DNA from: a virus
Direction: 5' to 3' (one strand)
Length of the DNA: 64,000 nt
IMG/VR virus record: IMGVR_UViG_3300045999_010887
Location: 1-64,000 of that record
The position numbers were made by a program, and so were the translations under genes. The notes below the pieces were generated by a model that was not told the DNA's origin, ran no database searches, and saw only the letters and a list, made by a program, of their open reading frames with translations. Below, one piece after another: positions 47,756-58,107 of the stretch; positions within the stretch are counted from its first letter, which is position 1, and the number at the start of each line of letters is the position of its first letter.

Positions 47756-48005
47756 AGAGATCAACTGGTTTATGTTTAACTTCAATCATTTCACCTTTTC
47801 GATTCCAACACTGACCACAATCAGGACACTGATAATGGTTAATACGGTCAGTGCCCAAATACTCCACACCAATAACACGACTAAAGAATTTAGATTCGGG
47901 TGAATAATAACCCTTGTCTATGGATTCTTGAGGGATGTAGGAGTGAATCCAGCTGACTTCGCAAACCGGGCACTGTTCTACTTTGGTGATGTCGAGGTAG
48001 TCCAT
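47742..48005 (-). CDS. Zn-ribbon protein
   Basis: CPVC...CPDC. Confidence 0.6.
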   Translation of the reverse strand: MDYLDITKVEQCPVCEVSWIHSYIPQESIDKGYYSPESKFFSRVIGVEYLGTDRINHYQCPDCGQCWNRKGEMIEVKHKPVDLSSLR

Positions 48006-49870
48006 CAGTGGGTCTGAGACCAGTCCGATCCTACCCTGGAATCACCTTCGATACTGCAGCGGAACCCAAAGAATTCCTGTGCCTGTGGGAAAGCAAGCAT
48101 GGCCTGCTCTCTGATGGCGTCTGTGTATTGAGGCTTGCACGCTAGTTGCACTTCATCATGAACCATCAATAGTTGTTGCCAGTCATGATCGTATTGCAAA
48201 CCAAGGTTTTGTTTGATGTTGTTGTGAATATTAATCACAACTTGTTTCATAAGGATTGCACCAGCTGATTGCAACAACACATTCAATCCTTTGAATGCGG
48301 AACGACAATACAACTGACGACGATCCAAACCAATCAGATAACCACGCAAACCAATAGTCTTATCAATCTCCAGCTTAAGAGCTTTCAATGCTGGGACACC
48401 ACGCATAAAACCATCGATGGCATTACGCCCAAGCATGCGCAGTTCATCTTCATCTTTGAGATTTGGATCAATGATTGAACCAGCCTTTACAGATCCACAG
48501 CCATAGAGCATGCCGTAAAGCAACCTCTTGCTGATGTCCCTGGTTTCTACGCCAAATTGCTTTTGGTTGTAGGTGTGGATGTCAACGGATTCATCGGTTA
48601 CCAGCCTTGCGTATTCACCGTTATCCCAGACGGCAAGGTATCCAGCAAGGCAACGTAATTCAAGTGCCTTAGCGTCAATGCCAATGAGATCCCACCCGTC
48701 AGGAGGAACGAACAAACTTCGACACTCTTTTCCGTAAGGTGAGTAACTGGCTGGGACCTGACCCATATTTGGATTGCGGTGTGCACAGCGCCCAGTAATG
48801 CAACCGTTAGTAATAAGATCGCCGTGGATACAACCAGTGTCATTGTTGTAGAGCTTGATCCAAGCATTGTTGCCATCAGCAATTTGACCAAGGCGCTTTT
48901 TGATCAGCATATACTCAGCCAAAGGTTTAGCCTCTGGGTATGGGAGTCGTTCTAATACTTCGTCATCAAGAACTGGATTTCCTTTCTCAGTTGTTTTCTC
49001 TGGAGTCCATCCGTACTTTTGGCGGAGTCGATCAGCAATCTGCTGACGAGATCCAGGATTGAACTCTTCATAGCTGACTTTAGTGAAAGGTTGTCCTTTG
49101 ACATAACCACGATTCTTGTTGTTTACTTTTGGAACAAATGTTGATTCATGTTTGATAGGTGGAAAGATTTGTTTTAGATGGGATTCAAGTTCTGTTTCCT
49201 TTGCTCTGAGATTATCCACCAAATCAAGAGCAGCATCCAAATCGAAAGGAACACCTGATCTAATTTGTTTGTTAATCGCCAAAGCAAAGTTGTGCTCCAA
49301 GAGAATGGAGGACTCTGGATAATTTTGCGCAGCGATAAGCTGCCAAAGATTGAAGGTGACTGCAACGTCTTGGATGCAGTAGTCCAACATCTCCTGCGAG
49401 TATTCCGTGAAGTCTTTGAAGTCAATCTTATGGTTGGCCAATCGCCATCCCCATGCCTTAAGCGATGGGGATCCACGTTGTGCCTTTGGAACTTCCGGAT
49501 ATTGTTCAATGTCAAGCTCATAGAGAACCTCCTTGGGCCAGATCAAACGTGAACAGATGAGGGTGTCAATGATGCGAGCGTTGGTCTTAAAGTCTGGAAA
49601 CAGTTTCTTTAAGACAGGGATGTCATAAAAGCAGATGTTGTGGCCAATAAGAACATCAGCGTTACGCAAATACTCAAGAGCAGTGTCAATGTTGTCAGGA
49701 CCAAAAGACAAAGTGCTTTGACTGTTGATGTCATAGATGACAACACAGTGAACTTTGGCGACTTTGTCATACAGTCCGTCTGACTCCAAATCAAAGACAT
49801 ACCATTTGTCATTTGCGGAACTGGGCTTCATCGCGAACTTCGAGTTCTTCACTGGCAAGGCTGCTGTCAT
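48005..49870 (-). CDS. polA: DNA polymerase family A (T7-like)
   Basis: FDLESDGL exonuclease motif, DAKALELR, RDISKRLLYGMLYG (Tyr at the 762-equivalent site), VHDEVQ. Confidence 0.95.
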   Translation of the reverse strand: MTAALPVKNSKFAMKPSSANDKWYVFDLESDGLYDKVAKVHCVVIYDINSQSTLSFGPDNIDTALEYLRNADVLIGHNICFYDIPVLKKLFPDFKTNARIIDTLICSRLIWPKEVLYELDIEQYPEVPKAQRGSPSLKAWGWRLANHKIDFKDFTEYSQEMLDYCIQDVAVTFNLWQLIAAQNYPESSILLEHNFALAINKQIRSGVPFDLDAALDLVDNLRAKETELESHLKQIFPPIKHESTFVPKVNNKNRGYVKGQPFTKVSYEEFNPGSRQQIADRLRQKYGWTPEKTTEKGNPVLDDEVLERLPYPEAKPLAEYMLIKKRLGQIADGNNAWIKLYNNDTGCIHGDLITNGCITGRCAHRNPNMGQVPASYSPYGKECRSLFVPPDGWDLIGIDAKALELRCLAGYLAVWDNGEYARLVTDESVDIHTYNQKQFGVETRDISKRLLYGMLYGCGSVKAGSIIDPNLKDEDELRMLGRNAIDGFMRGVPALKALKLEIDKTIGLRGYLIGLDRRQLYCRSAFKGLNVLLQSAGAILMKQVVINIHNNIKQNLGLQYDHDWQQLLMVHDEVQLACKPQYTDAIREQAMLAFPQAQEFFGFRCSIEGDSRVGSDWSQTH

Positions 49871-50042
49871 TTTTGTTAATCCACGTCAAGATCTGCTGAG
49901 CTCCAGCCCTGTATGGGTGGGAGAAGATCTTGTTCAGAGCTACCTCTGAATCTAACGGAATTAATTGGAATTGATTAGAAGTTTGACAGGCAGTAATGGC
50001 AAATGGCTTACCGTTTTTCCAGGTAGCAATGACGTAAGACAT
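49809..50042 (-). CDS. Hypothetical protein
   Basis: First ORF after the TTGACG-16-TAGTAT promoter (50064-50091). Confidence 0.55.
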   Translation of the reverse strand: MSYVIATWKNGKPFAITACQTSNQFQLIPLDSEVALNKIFSHPYRAGAQQILTWINKNDSSLASEELEVRDEAQFRK

Positions 50043-50097
50043 AAAGGAATGAAAGACGGACAGATACTATCCGATCTTTCATTCCCGTCAAGGTTCT

Positions 50098-50571
50098 TCA
50101 GTTTGTCTTCTGTTTTGATTTGCGGAAACCAAGACGTTCGTGATGCGCCACTGTTGCCTTATCACAACCAAAGCGCTTCGCAATCTGATCGCGGCTCATG
50201 CCGGAGACTCTGAGTTGTTTCATTTTGTCAAGATCCTCTTGGCTAAACCGTGTTTGCTTTGGTCGAAAACGTCCTCTTTGCATCTTGTCATTTACGTTGT
50301 CTTGGTTTGTTCCAAGTAGAAGATGAAGTGGATTGCAACAAGATGGATTGTCGCATGTGTGCCGTACTTGTAAAGCGTTGTAGATAACAACACCATGATG
50401 ATGCTGATAACTCCAACGATGAGCAAGCATTGTTTTGTTATCTATAGATGATTGGCCATAGCCTTTTGGATTCCTAAATCCAAGCCAAGGCCAACAAGCT
50501 TCATGACCCCCGGAGGGGTCAATCTGCTTTAAGAACGTTAATGAGTTATTTGGTGTTCTGCCTCTAGGCAT
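50098..50571 (-). CDS. HNH homing endonuclease
   Basis: CWPWLG..GYG..AHRWSY..VRHTCDNPSCCNPLHL..GT.QDN. Confidence 0.88.
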   Translation of the reverse strand: MPRGRTPNNSLTFLKQIDPSGGHEACWPWLGFRNPKGYGQSSIDNKTMLAHRWSYQHHHGVVIYNALQVRHTCDNPSCCNPLHLLLGTNQDNVNDKMQRGRFRPKQTRFSQEDLDKMKQLRVSGMSRDQIAKRFGCDKATVAHHERLGFRKSKQKTN

Positions 50572-51337
50572 GAGATTGATTTTTACGTTTGGAACTATAG
50601 CCCACAAATCCCCCTTCCTTCTTGCGTTGAGAAAGCGCCTTGCTTGCGTCGGATCCAGCCCGCTGGGAGCCATGAACCAACAGTGCGAAGGGCTTGTCAC
50701 CTAAGCAATGGCTGTCGTCGTGATCGATCTCCAGACCACGCTCTGCTGCCTCAGCTTCTGTGTAGACCACATAAGCGATGCGCTGAAACACATGCGGATA
50801 TTTCGGGATGAGGTAGTCAAGTGTCCCACCGAACGATGCGGTGAGGTAGAAGTTGGGTGGGATCTGATCCCGTAGGTTAATCCACATACCAAGAGACTTG
50901 GTGTAGCTGTAGAACTTTTGCCTGGGCCTCTCGCGAGCAACCATCATCCAAGCCTTCATGTAGTTCTCAGTCCAGTAGTCACCACTCTCATGGACACGAA
51001 CAAGTTCCTTGGGTGGCTGCATCAAAAGGGACATGTCAATCAGATCACGGAGGAGTGTGACCTGATTGCCGTTCATGTGGATGGTTTCACGCAACAGATC
51101 CCAGTTGTGCCAACGCGCTTCACGCACGGTGGGCCTGGTCTCCGCCATGGCAGCAAAACAACGGTACTCATCTGCTTCTGTGCCTGTGAACTGAGGCAGG
51201 TCACGGATCTGACCAGTGACACGATCAGCCATGGTTTTGCAAACACCAGCATGTGGACATGAATAGCCCGCTGGGATATTGAAGATGAGTCGGTTCTTAA
51301 GCTTGCCGTTACCGGTAGAAAATTTCAGGAGCTTCAT
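50564..51337 (-). CDS. GP88-like protein
   Basis: FNIPAGYSCP..C...CFA, RVHESGD, FYSYTKS. Confidence 0.7.
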   Translation of the reverse strand: MKLLKFSTGNGKLKNRLIFNIPAGYSCPHAGVCKTMADRVTGQIRDLPQFTGTEADEYRCFAAMAETRPTVREARWHNWDLLRETIHMNGNQVTLLRDLIDMSLLMQPPKELVRVHESGDYWTENYMKAWMMVARERPRQKFYSYTKSLGMWINLRDQIPPNFYLTASFGGTLDYLIPKYPHVFQRIAYVVYTEAEAAERGLEIDHDDSHCLGDKPFALLVHGSQRAGSDASKALSQRKKEGGFVGYSSKRKNQSHA

Positions 51338-51370
51338 GGTTGTGTTGAATTGATTGATAAGAAAAACTAA

Positions 51371-51398
51371 TGAGTAGTTTAAGGACGTGCTCAGGTCC
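51371..51398 (-). ncRNA. Family A pseudoknot, copy 4
   Basis: GGAC-CTGAGCAC-GTCC-TTAAAC-TACTCA. Confidence 0.65.
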
Positions 51399-51417
51399 AT
51401 CTTCCCGTTCGGGATTA

Positions 51418-51960
51418 TTACAGTTGATTACAGCCTTTGAATGGTTCTCTGGACAAACGAATCATAATCTGATCACCTGAGTCTGGAACTTCTGATGGAC
51501 CCTGGTGCACCAGGATCTCCCATACGCTTCGATTGATCTTCATGATGGAGTGACAGTACTTCGTCATCAAAGCTTCTTTGTCTTGCCCTGGTTTGTAGGA
51601 CAAAACTTTCTTGTGGATACCAACGGGTTCATCTTCATTGTCTTTGGTGTAACAAGCAACCCAGTAAGCAGATGAATGGGTCTTTTGTTTGGTCGTACTA
51701 AAACCTTTCATTAGTTGATCGGACTACTAGGCTTCAAGCTCGGTGGCAATGGCGAAGAGATTACCCACTGTCACTGCATGGACCGGACAGCCTTCCAAAT
51801 AAAAGGTTTCTCCTTGCTCTGCGGCAGCACGCAGGGCGGCGGCAGCAACCATGCCTGCGTGTTTCTTGGCGGGAACTACATAAAGGTGTTCCTCTTCGTC
51901 GTAGACGCGGAAAGCGGCAAACTGCACCGCCTGAGCAATAGGTGAAAGTTCTTGAGTCAT
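51418..51960 (-). CDS. Two small hypothetical ORFs (51418-51711, 51727-51960)
   Basis: ORF track. Confidence 0.55.
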
Positions 51961-52036
51961 TGTTGAACTTCGTAGTGTGTAGAACTAAGTTGTAGTTATG
52001 TTACTGGATGAACAACATCATATACATGAAACGTCA

Positions 52037-52060
52037 TATACTTTCCGTATCAACCGCTAC
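52037..52060 (+). promoter_or_regulatory. -10 box plus NtcA site overlapping the predicted start of transcription
   Basis: TATACT 52037-52042; GTA-TCAACCGC-TAC 52047-52060. Confidence 0.55.
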
Positions 52061-52066
52061 AGAATA

Positions 52067-52219
52067 ATGACGCTCACGTATCGGGGTGTCAAGTACGACA
52101 AGGACGAGCAGTCCAAGACGGACATTGGCTGGTGGAACTTAGCCCACCGTCCATGGCTCTGCCTGACGTACCGTAACATCTGCTACTTTCCTTTTGTCAC
52201 CGGAGGTCAAATCAAATGA
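52067..52219 (+). CDS. DUF4278-like small protein
   Basis: MTLTYRGVKY and a second LTYR..Y. Confidence 0.7.
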   Translation: MTLTYRGVKYDKDEQSKTDIGWWNLAHRPWLCLTYRNICYFPFVTGGQIK

Positions 52220-52332
52220 ACAAAGCACTGATTGTCTACTTGGTAGATAGGAAAAAGAAAGTGACACGCAAGGATGTGGAGTCCAAGCATGCCATCAAAG
52301 AATTAAAAAAACAAACAACCGCGACCTTCTGA
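52216..52332 (+). CDS. 38-aa basic peptide (not in ORF track)
   Basis: ATGA overlap; MNKALIVYLVDRKKK... Confidence 0.5.
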   Translation: MNKALIVYLVDRKKKVTRKDVESKHAIKELKKQTTATF

Positions 52333-52360
52333 TCGCCATTGTTCTATCTCCTCCCCTGGC

Positions 52361-53011
52361 TTAGTAGCCGGGGGATTCTTCTTGGAAGGCAGCTTCTCCA
52401 ATGATGGGGAACTGTTGGCAGAAGATTCGTTTAATTTCTCTGGCAATTTGTTGGTGTTCAAGTTGCGTTCCATTGGAACAACGAAGATCAAGGTAGTGTA
52501 TCCACGACCTCAGTGTGCCGTTCATGAACAGACGAGTCTGTGTGGATAGTGGCAAAACGGAACGAGCACATTCCTTGGCAATGCCATTGCTTACCATCTC
52601 ACGATAAAGATGCTCAGCATTTTCATACAGTTCGCTGATGCGTCTGTAATAATTACCAAGCATCTCAACAGGGATGTCATCAATGCTGTTCTGTCTGTTC
52701 TTTAAATCTTGACGACGTAGGTGCGGGATAACAGCAGAGCCAAGCTCGCTGGTATCTGCATAGCGTTGACTAAATTCCTGAAATGAAAATGAACGATGAC
52801 GCAAGATTTGTGGTGAGATTGCACGGGTCGTTTCAATCTCCACGGTCATGTTGGCCATCTCAAATGGACTCCAATGTTTGTTCCGAATGAGATACTTCAA
52901 CAAACGTGGAGCTGTGTTCATGTTGTCTTGGTTCTTTGGTGCAGAAACTCTTGCCATCTTGACAATCATTTCTTCTGCATCGGGCGTTGCCCAGATAAGA
53001 TTAACATTCAT
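52361..53011 (-). CDS. thyX: Flavin-dependent thymidylate synthase
   Basis: HWSPFE, QILRHRSFSFQEFSQRY, ECARSVLP. Confidence 0.95.
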   Translation of the reverse strand: MNVNLIWATPDAEEMIVKMARVSAPKNQDNMNTAPRLLKYLIRNKHWSPFEMANMTVEIETTRAISPQILRHRSFSFQEFSQRYADTSELGSAVIPHLRRQDLKNRQNSIDDIPVEMLGNYYRRISELYENAEHLYREMVSNGIAKECARSVLPLSTQTRLFMNGTLRSWIHYLDLRCSNGTQLEHQQIAREIKRIFCQQFPIIGEAAFQEESPGY

Positions 53012-54490
53012 GTGCTGCACCTGAGGAAGTAATGCCAATTGTTAGTGGGATCAGTGTACCTGATTACGTTGCAGTTTTTGTAAGTGTCAATGACTTCAAA
53101 GTTTGATTTGCCTTCAGTTTTATCTGATGACAAAAAGATTGAAGCCAACAAACCAGTAGCTGCAAACGCAAGGATTGTTACACAACAACCACGGAGGAAA
53201 TGAATCTGTTGTTCAGTCATGATTCCCATGGTAGAAAGTCAAGTGTTCTTCGCAAGGTCAAAGCATCTTCGTCAGTAACACAATTGCCCTCAACAAGACA
53301 TTCAATAATTTCTCGTACTTGATTTTTCAAGTTTGACAGCTTGACACGGCGAGCATTGCGTAACTCTCGTCCATAGCTAGGACAAGGAAGACTGAGCCAT
53401 TCACAACATGCATCCAACTCTTGATCAGCCCCCCAAAGAGCCGCTTGCGTGCACATATATTTTTCACGATTCATGTGTTTTACTTTTGCTTTATACCATT
53501 CATCAGACCATTGGAAAACAAGGCCTTCAGAAGGTAGTGCAATTGGATGCTCTTGAGTCATGTTATTCACCAGGGACAATGACTTCTTTCATCAGGCGTT
53601 GAAGCTCTGATGCTGGACAGATACGCATCGTAGCGTGTTCTCTTGGTGATGACAGATGATCCCACTGGATCACCAAGAACTTTTGCTTACGTCCTAGCCT
53701 GTTTGGTTTTTCAATGATGTCAAGTACATGACCGTACCGCTGACTGCGGTACTGTTGAATCCGTTCTTTAACTTCATTGCGTACAGCAAAAATCCCATGA
53801 ACCTTGGGACGTTCTGCTACACGATCACCAATGGCATAAGTGAATTGACGTTTGGTTGTCATTTGATGTTGGAATAAGTTTTGTAATTGACAATGCGTGA
53901 GATTGTGCTGCGGTTAGTGTCATAGCGTATAGCTATCTGACCGTTGCTTAATCCCTTCTGATGTAAATGACGAATCATTAATACATCTTTGTCTGTCAAA
54001 AAAGAATTACCATTTCTAGTACCTGTTGGCTTGTAGGGCACCAATGGAACTGGCTTTGCAATTTCGTAACGTTCTACTGTACGAAACTTAGCGCCGCAAT
54101 CAAGACAGCGACAATAACGTTTGGTTACTTCAGATCCTATATGTTCAGTGCAGGTAACACGTGTGTTACTACTGTTACATGTTCTGCATTTCATTGTGTG
54201 AAGTGAGGTTCAATGAATCAAGAATGAATACAGTTTCTTCTTTGCCAACAAGATTAAATGAATCTTTGATTAACTTGTGGCCAGGAGCTTCTGTATAAAA
54301 TTGTTGAAGCAGCTGTTCAGCTGTTTCAAATGCATCGGGTTTACCAGTCAGTTGAATCATGACATCTGATGTCATGTTATCTAGCATTTGTTGAATGACT
54401 TGATAACGAACATCAGGCCATGCTTCATCTGGTATGCAATCAGCAATAAGTTCTGTTACATCATGATAGATAATTGATTTGAAGACCATG
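53008..54490 (-). CDS. Five small ORFs, including an NrdR-like Zn ribbon-HTH protein (53859-54194)
   Basis: MKCRTCNSSNTRV...RYCRCLDCGAKFRTVE. Confidence 0.55.
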
Positions 54491-54519
54491 AAGAAAAGAC
54501 CCCTGCATGTGCAGGGGCC
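54491..54519 (-). terminator. Intrinsic terminator
   Basis: CCCCTGCA-CA-TGCAGGGG then TCTTTTCTT. Confidence 0.7.
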
Positions 54520-54537
54520 GAACATTCCGCTGTGATT

Positions 54538-54900
54538 TTAAGCAGTTTGGGCGTTGGTGTCTACCGCCTGGTCCATCAGGCCTGACTCTTTGAGTCGATC
54601 CAGCATGCCGCACATGATGGTGGCATGGGCATGGGTTTGTTCCATGAACATGCGCGCCCGCTCTGCCGACATGGTATGGACACGGCCGGAGGGTTCCACA
54701 TAACGCCAGCTGCCATCAGGCTGGGGATCACCTTGGAGGGCAAGACGTTCTGAGTTATGAACGTACCTGAGCTCGAGGTTGTAATGGTCCTTAAGGCCGT
54801 CAGCCGCTGTCCAGGTTGCTCCAAGGTTGTAACGCTGTTCTTCATCAGAGTAAGCGTGGAACTCAGGGATAAGATTTTTGAAAGCAGCAAAGAGTTGCAT
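54538..54900 (-). CDS. Hypothetical protein
   Basis: Probable start MQLFAAF just downstream of tRNA-Leu. Confidence 0.6.
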   Translation of the reverse strand: MQLFAAFKNLIPEFHAYSDEEQRYNLGATWTAADGLKDHYNLELRYVHNSERLALQGDPQPDGSWRYVEPSGRVHTMSAERARMFMEQTHAHATIMCGMLDRLKESGLMDQAVDTNAQTA

Positions 54901-54921
54901 GATGTTGTGTTGAGTGTAGGT

Positions 54922-55008
54922 TGGTGCAGACGGCGGGAGTCGAACCCGCAAGGGCAAATGCCCGACGCATTTTAAGTGCGTTACGTATACCTATTCCGTC
55001 ACGTCTGC
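54922..55008 (-). tRNA. tRNA-Leu(UAA), intron-less, CCA encoded
   Basis: Acceptor GCAGACG/CGTCTGC, anticodon ACGCA-CTTAAAA-TGCGT, long variable arm, GGTTCGACTCC. Confidence 0.95.
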
Positions 55009-55218
55009 ATCACTTGGACTTACACTCACATCAATTGATGTGTGATGCCAAGTGTGATCATGAGGTAACGGCTCAGTGCCGTAGTCCCATGTATCATAGT
55101 CATCCTCGTTACGAGGATCCTTATCGATCAGGATGTACTGAGGTGAGTTATCTGTGATGTACTCACCAATGTTTGCCATTGCCATGGCAAGCAATTGATC
55201 ATCAGTGTAATCGGGCAT
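54991..55218 (-). CDS. Small acidic protein
   Basis: Reads through element B into the tRNA D arm. Confidence 0.5.
   Translation of the reverse strand: MPDYTDDQLLAMAMANIGEYITDNSPQYILIDKDPRNEDDYDTWDYGTEPLPHDHTWHHTSIDVSVSPSDADVTE
55011..55054 (-). ncRNA. Family B element, copy 1
   Basis: CACTTGG-CAT-[stem]-TGTAAGT-CCAAGTG, 2 nt before the tRNA. Confidence 0.7.
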
Positions 55219-55267
55219 GAGTTAAAGGGCATCCATATAACGAGGATAGGATGCCCCTGCTGTGGCC

Positions 55268-56992
55268 TTAGCTTTCAGATCTTAGCTGTTTCTCACGAGA
55301 TTGCAAGGCCTGCTTGAAGGCAAGTGCGTACTCTTCCCTTTGCTCCTCGTTCAGTCGCTGGTTGGCTACGCCAGCAATCTGCTTGACGTTCATGACACCC
55401 ATGGATACATCCAGTTGAATGGTGAAGGTTGGCCTACCATCAATCATGCAAAGCACAATGAAGTGCTTACGTTTCTTGATGTCTTCTGCATACTGGGACG
55501 CAGAGCCCACACAGTTGCGGACTGCTTGTCCCCACTGTGCAAGTTGATGCGTATCAATGGGTTGCAGGAATGTCCAGCTATGGCCATTCATCTCTACATG
55601 CACAGGTGCAGGGAATAGATCCTGGTGCAGTGACTCCTTCTTGTTCTGAATCTTCCATGCCTCTGCTTGCACATAGTCATGGAAGTCAGGCATGCGCCAA
55701 CGCTTTGGTGGCTCAAGTGTTTTACCTGCCTCAAGGATACGCATGATCATTGAGAAGGTATCGTTCATCTCATACCATGAATGAACAAAATAGTTGTAAT
55801 CAGAATGGATTAAAGAACGAGCTGACGCAGACTTCTCTTCATTAGATTTTTCAGAATACTTACGCATCATATTGAGGAACGATGTAACACTCATGTGCTC
55901 ACGTAGCCAAACAATGAGTTCATCACTGGTACGCAAGTGATTGAGATTGACTTGACGTAACTCAGCAAAGTATGTACGGTAATGATCAAGCGGACAGTCG
56001 GGCCATACTCGATTGATAAAGTAGATTGAATTAGTCGTCTGCTCAAATTCTTTGTAACCATACTTAATTGCTTTACGCAATTCGTTATCAACATTGTTGT
56101 ACTGTTCAACAGAGCGATCAAGCATTGTTTGCAAACGCTTCTTGATAAATGGAGTTGTAATGATGTGCTGAATATCGTTGATGGTTAGATAGGTTAAAGA
56201 TGTGTAATTATTCTTAGCTGTCCATGCATTAGCAAGGTCAACTATATTGTCAACCGTTAACTTGAATACTGAACGATCTTCGATGCAGTTTGTTAATGCA
56301 AATGGAAACTCAAGTGCATCAAGAAGGTTATTACATTTGATGCGATCAAACATGGAATGACTGTCGTTCCATGTTGGGATAGTTTCCATCAAAGTTGACT
56401 CAAAACTATTGATTGCATCATTCATATCACGTGACTTCTGGTAGTAACTAGCAATACCCATGGCACGCCAATTACGTGCATCATTACCTGCAATGATGTC
56501 TTGCTTAGTTATGGTACGTGAGTACGTAAAGGTTTGCGCGCCACGTGTACTGGCGTGTTCGGTGCAACGATCTTTAGTATTCCAGATATGACGAGGTAGT
56601 ACCTTAGCTGCAGCTGCAGTGTTCTTGAATGCATAGGCATAGCCATAGATGTAGTCCTCACCTTTGGCAGGTAGCCATGCGGCATACCAGCATTGCTCAA
56701 AGTGATAGAGGATTGCAATGGTAATTGTACGTGCTTGTGGTGTGGCAACATCAACCACCTTGGTAAAGCGATGGTAACGTTCTGATACACCTGACGAATT
56801 GATACGATCAATTGCATCTTGTTGATAGCTACCACGCACCACATTCTCAGGGATGAGATGTGGGATATTACCCAATGGATATTTAGCTTTCTTTGTAGTC
56901 TTCTTGGGTTCCTGTTCTTTGACCAAAGCCTTAAGCTTTGGATCATAAGCCAAGAGTTCTTGTTGCAGGCAAGAGGGAATTTGGAAGTGCAT
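55268..56992 (-). CDS. PcfJ-domain protein
   Basis: FHDY...L..WGQAVRNCVGS..Y...FTIQL...VKQI.G.AN. Confidence 0.75.
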   Translation of the reverse strand: MHFQIPSCLQQELLAYDPKLKALVKEQEPKKTTKKAKYPLGNIPHLIPENVVRGSYQQDAIDRINSSGVSERYHRFTKVVDVATPQARTITIAILYHFEQCWYAAWLPAKGEDYIYGYAYAFKNTAAAAKVLPRHIWNTKDRCTEHASTRGAQTFTYSRTITKQDIIAGNDARNWRAMGIASYYQKSRDMNDAINSFESTLMETIPTWNDSHSMFDRIKCNNLLDALEFPFALTNCIEDRSVFKLTVDNIVDLANAWTAKNNYTSLTYLTINDIQHIITTPFIKKRLQTMLDRSVEQYNNVDNELRKAIKYGYKEFEQTTNSIYFINRVWPDCPLDHYRTYFAELRQVNLNHLRTSDELIVWLREHMSVTSFLNMMRKYSEKSNEEKSASARSLIHSDYNYFVHSWYEMNDTFSMIMRILEAGKTLEPPKRWRMPDFHDYVQAEAWKIQNKKESLHQDLFPAPVHVEMNGHSWTFLQPIDTHQLAQWGQAVRNCVGSASQYAEDIKKRKHFIVLCMIDGRPTFTIQLDVSMGVMNVKQIAGVANQRLNEEQREEYALAFKQALQSREKQLRSES

Positions 56993-57022
56993 GAGTTGAA
57001 TTGATTGAGTAGGTACTGAAAA

Positions 57023-57054
57023 GCCTGGGACTTACACCTTACGGATGCCCAGGC
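57023..57054 (-). ncRNA. Family B element, copy 2
   Basis: GCCTGGG-CAT-CC-GTAA-GG-TGTAAGT-CCCAGGC. Confidence 0.75.
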
Positions 57055-57067
57055 ATGATGTCAAACG

Positions 57068-57495
57068 TTAGTCAAGTTCGACCAGTTGCCACTGAGGATC
57101 GAGCTGATCAAGATAGGCGCAGAAGCCATCTTCATCAAGAGGAAATGGTTCCTCTGGATCCAGCTCGACAGTTGTTGTACACAATGCAGGAGCCCACTCT
57201 TCAGGGTCGAGGCGAGTCGCCCGATAGAGCAGGCGCATTTCGTCAACAACTGCTGTAACTGTGACATGAGTATCAGTGAAATGAGTGTCTTCAATGGCTA
57301 AGACTGTCATCAGTTGTCCTCGATGTAGGAACAGTTGGTGGTTTTGATGAGGCGGTACTTCATCCACAGACGTGCTGTGTCGTACTCGCCATTGAAGCGT
57401 GCTTCATCTAACACATTTGAATTCGCCCTGCGCTGTGCACAGGCAGCAAGATTAATGCGATCAAACATGTTGATGTAGTCTGTGTATGTAGCCAT
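57068..57495 (-). CDS. Two small ORFs (57068-57310, 57310-57495)
   Basis: TGATG coupling. Confidence 0.55.
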
Positions 57496-57527
57496 GAATT
57501 GAAATGAGTTGAGGTAATGGACAAAAG

Positions 57528-57555
57528 CTGGGACTTACACCTTACGGATGCCCAG
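57528..57555 (-). ncRNA. Family B element, copy 3
   Basis: CTGGG-CAT-CC-GTAA-GG-TGTAAGT-CCCAG. Confidence 0.75.
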
Positions 57556-57559
57556 ATCT

Positions 57560-57969
57560 TTAGATTATCTTAATGTTTGATTTGCTCAAACCTGTGCCTG
57601 GGATACTGATTGATCCACGCACACCAGACTCACGTGCATTGAGTGTGAGTTGGAACGGTCCAAGCTGAAACGATTTGCTATAGGATTGAATACCATTTTC
57701 TGTGATATTGAATCCAGCAATGGTCTTATCAAAGCTGATTGGTGATTTGTCTTTAGTCATTTCAAGTTCTCGGGCATTAGTTGATTGATGTCATCTTCAT
57801 CTTCAAAATTTGTCATTACAAACTTTTGTCCATCGGGGGCAACAAAGCCCCCGATAAAACCAATACCGTATTTGTCTGCTGATTCTTTCATCTTGGCTAC
57901 AAGCTGCATAGCTTGAAGTCTTTGAAGATCAATTGAATCAGGAATACGAGGAGTGTTGGAACTAGACAT
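57560..57969 (-). CDS. Two small ORFs (57560-57760 DUF4236-like; 57757-57969)
   Basis: GVRGSISIPGTGLS in the first. Confidence 0.5.
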
Positions 57970-58107
57970 TGGTGTTGAGTTGATTGGTGGTCTAGAAGAC
58001 TTGGGTAGTCTACCAGGGTTGTCAAGGGATGGTAAAGGGGGAATACATAATAGTTTCTTATAGAACTAAAGGTATCCCCCTGGTACTTCCCCAGGGGTTG
58101 TAGGGGA

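Noticed and set aside
51992-52004. Second NtcA box
   Set aside because: Spacing is GTA-N7-TAC, not N8.
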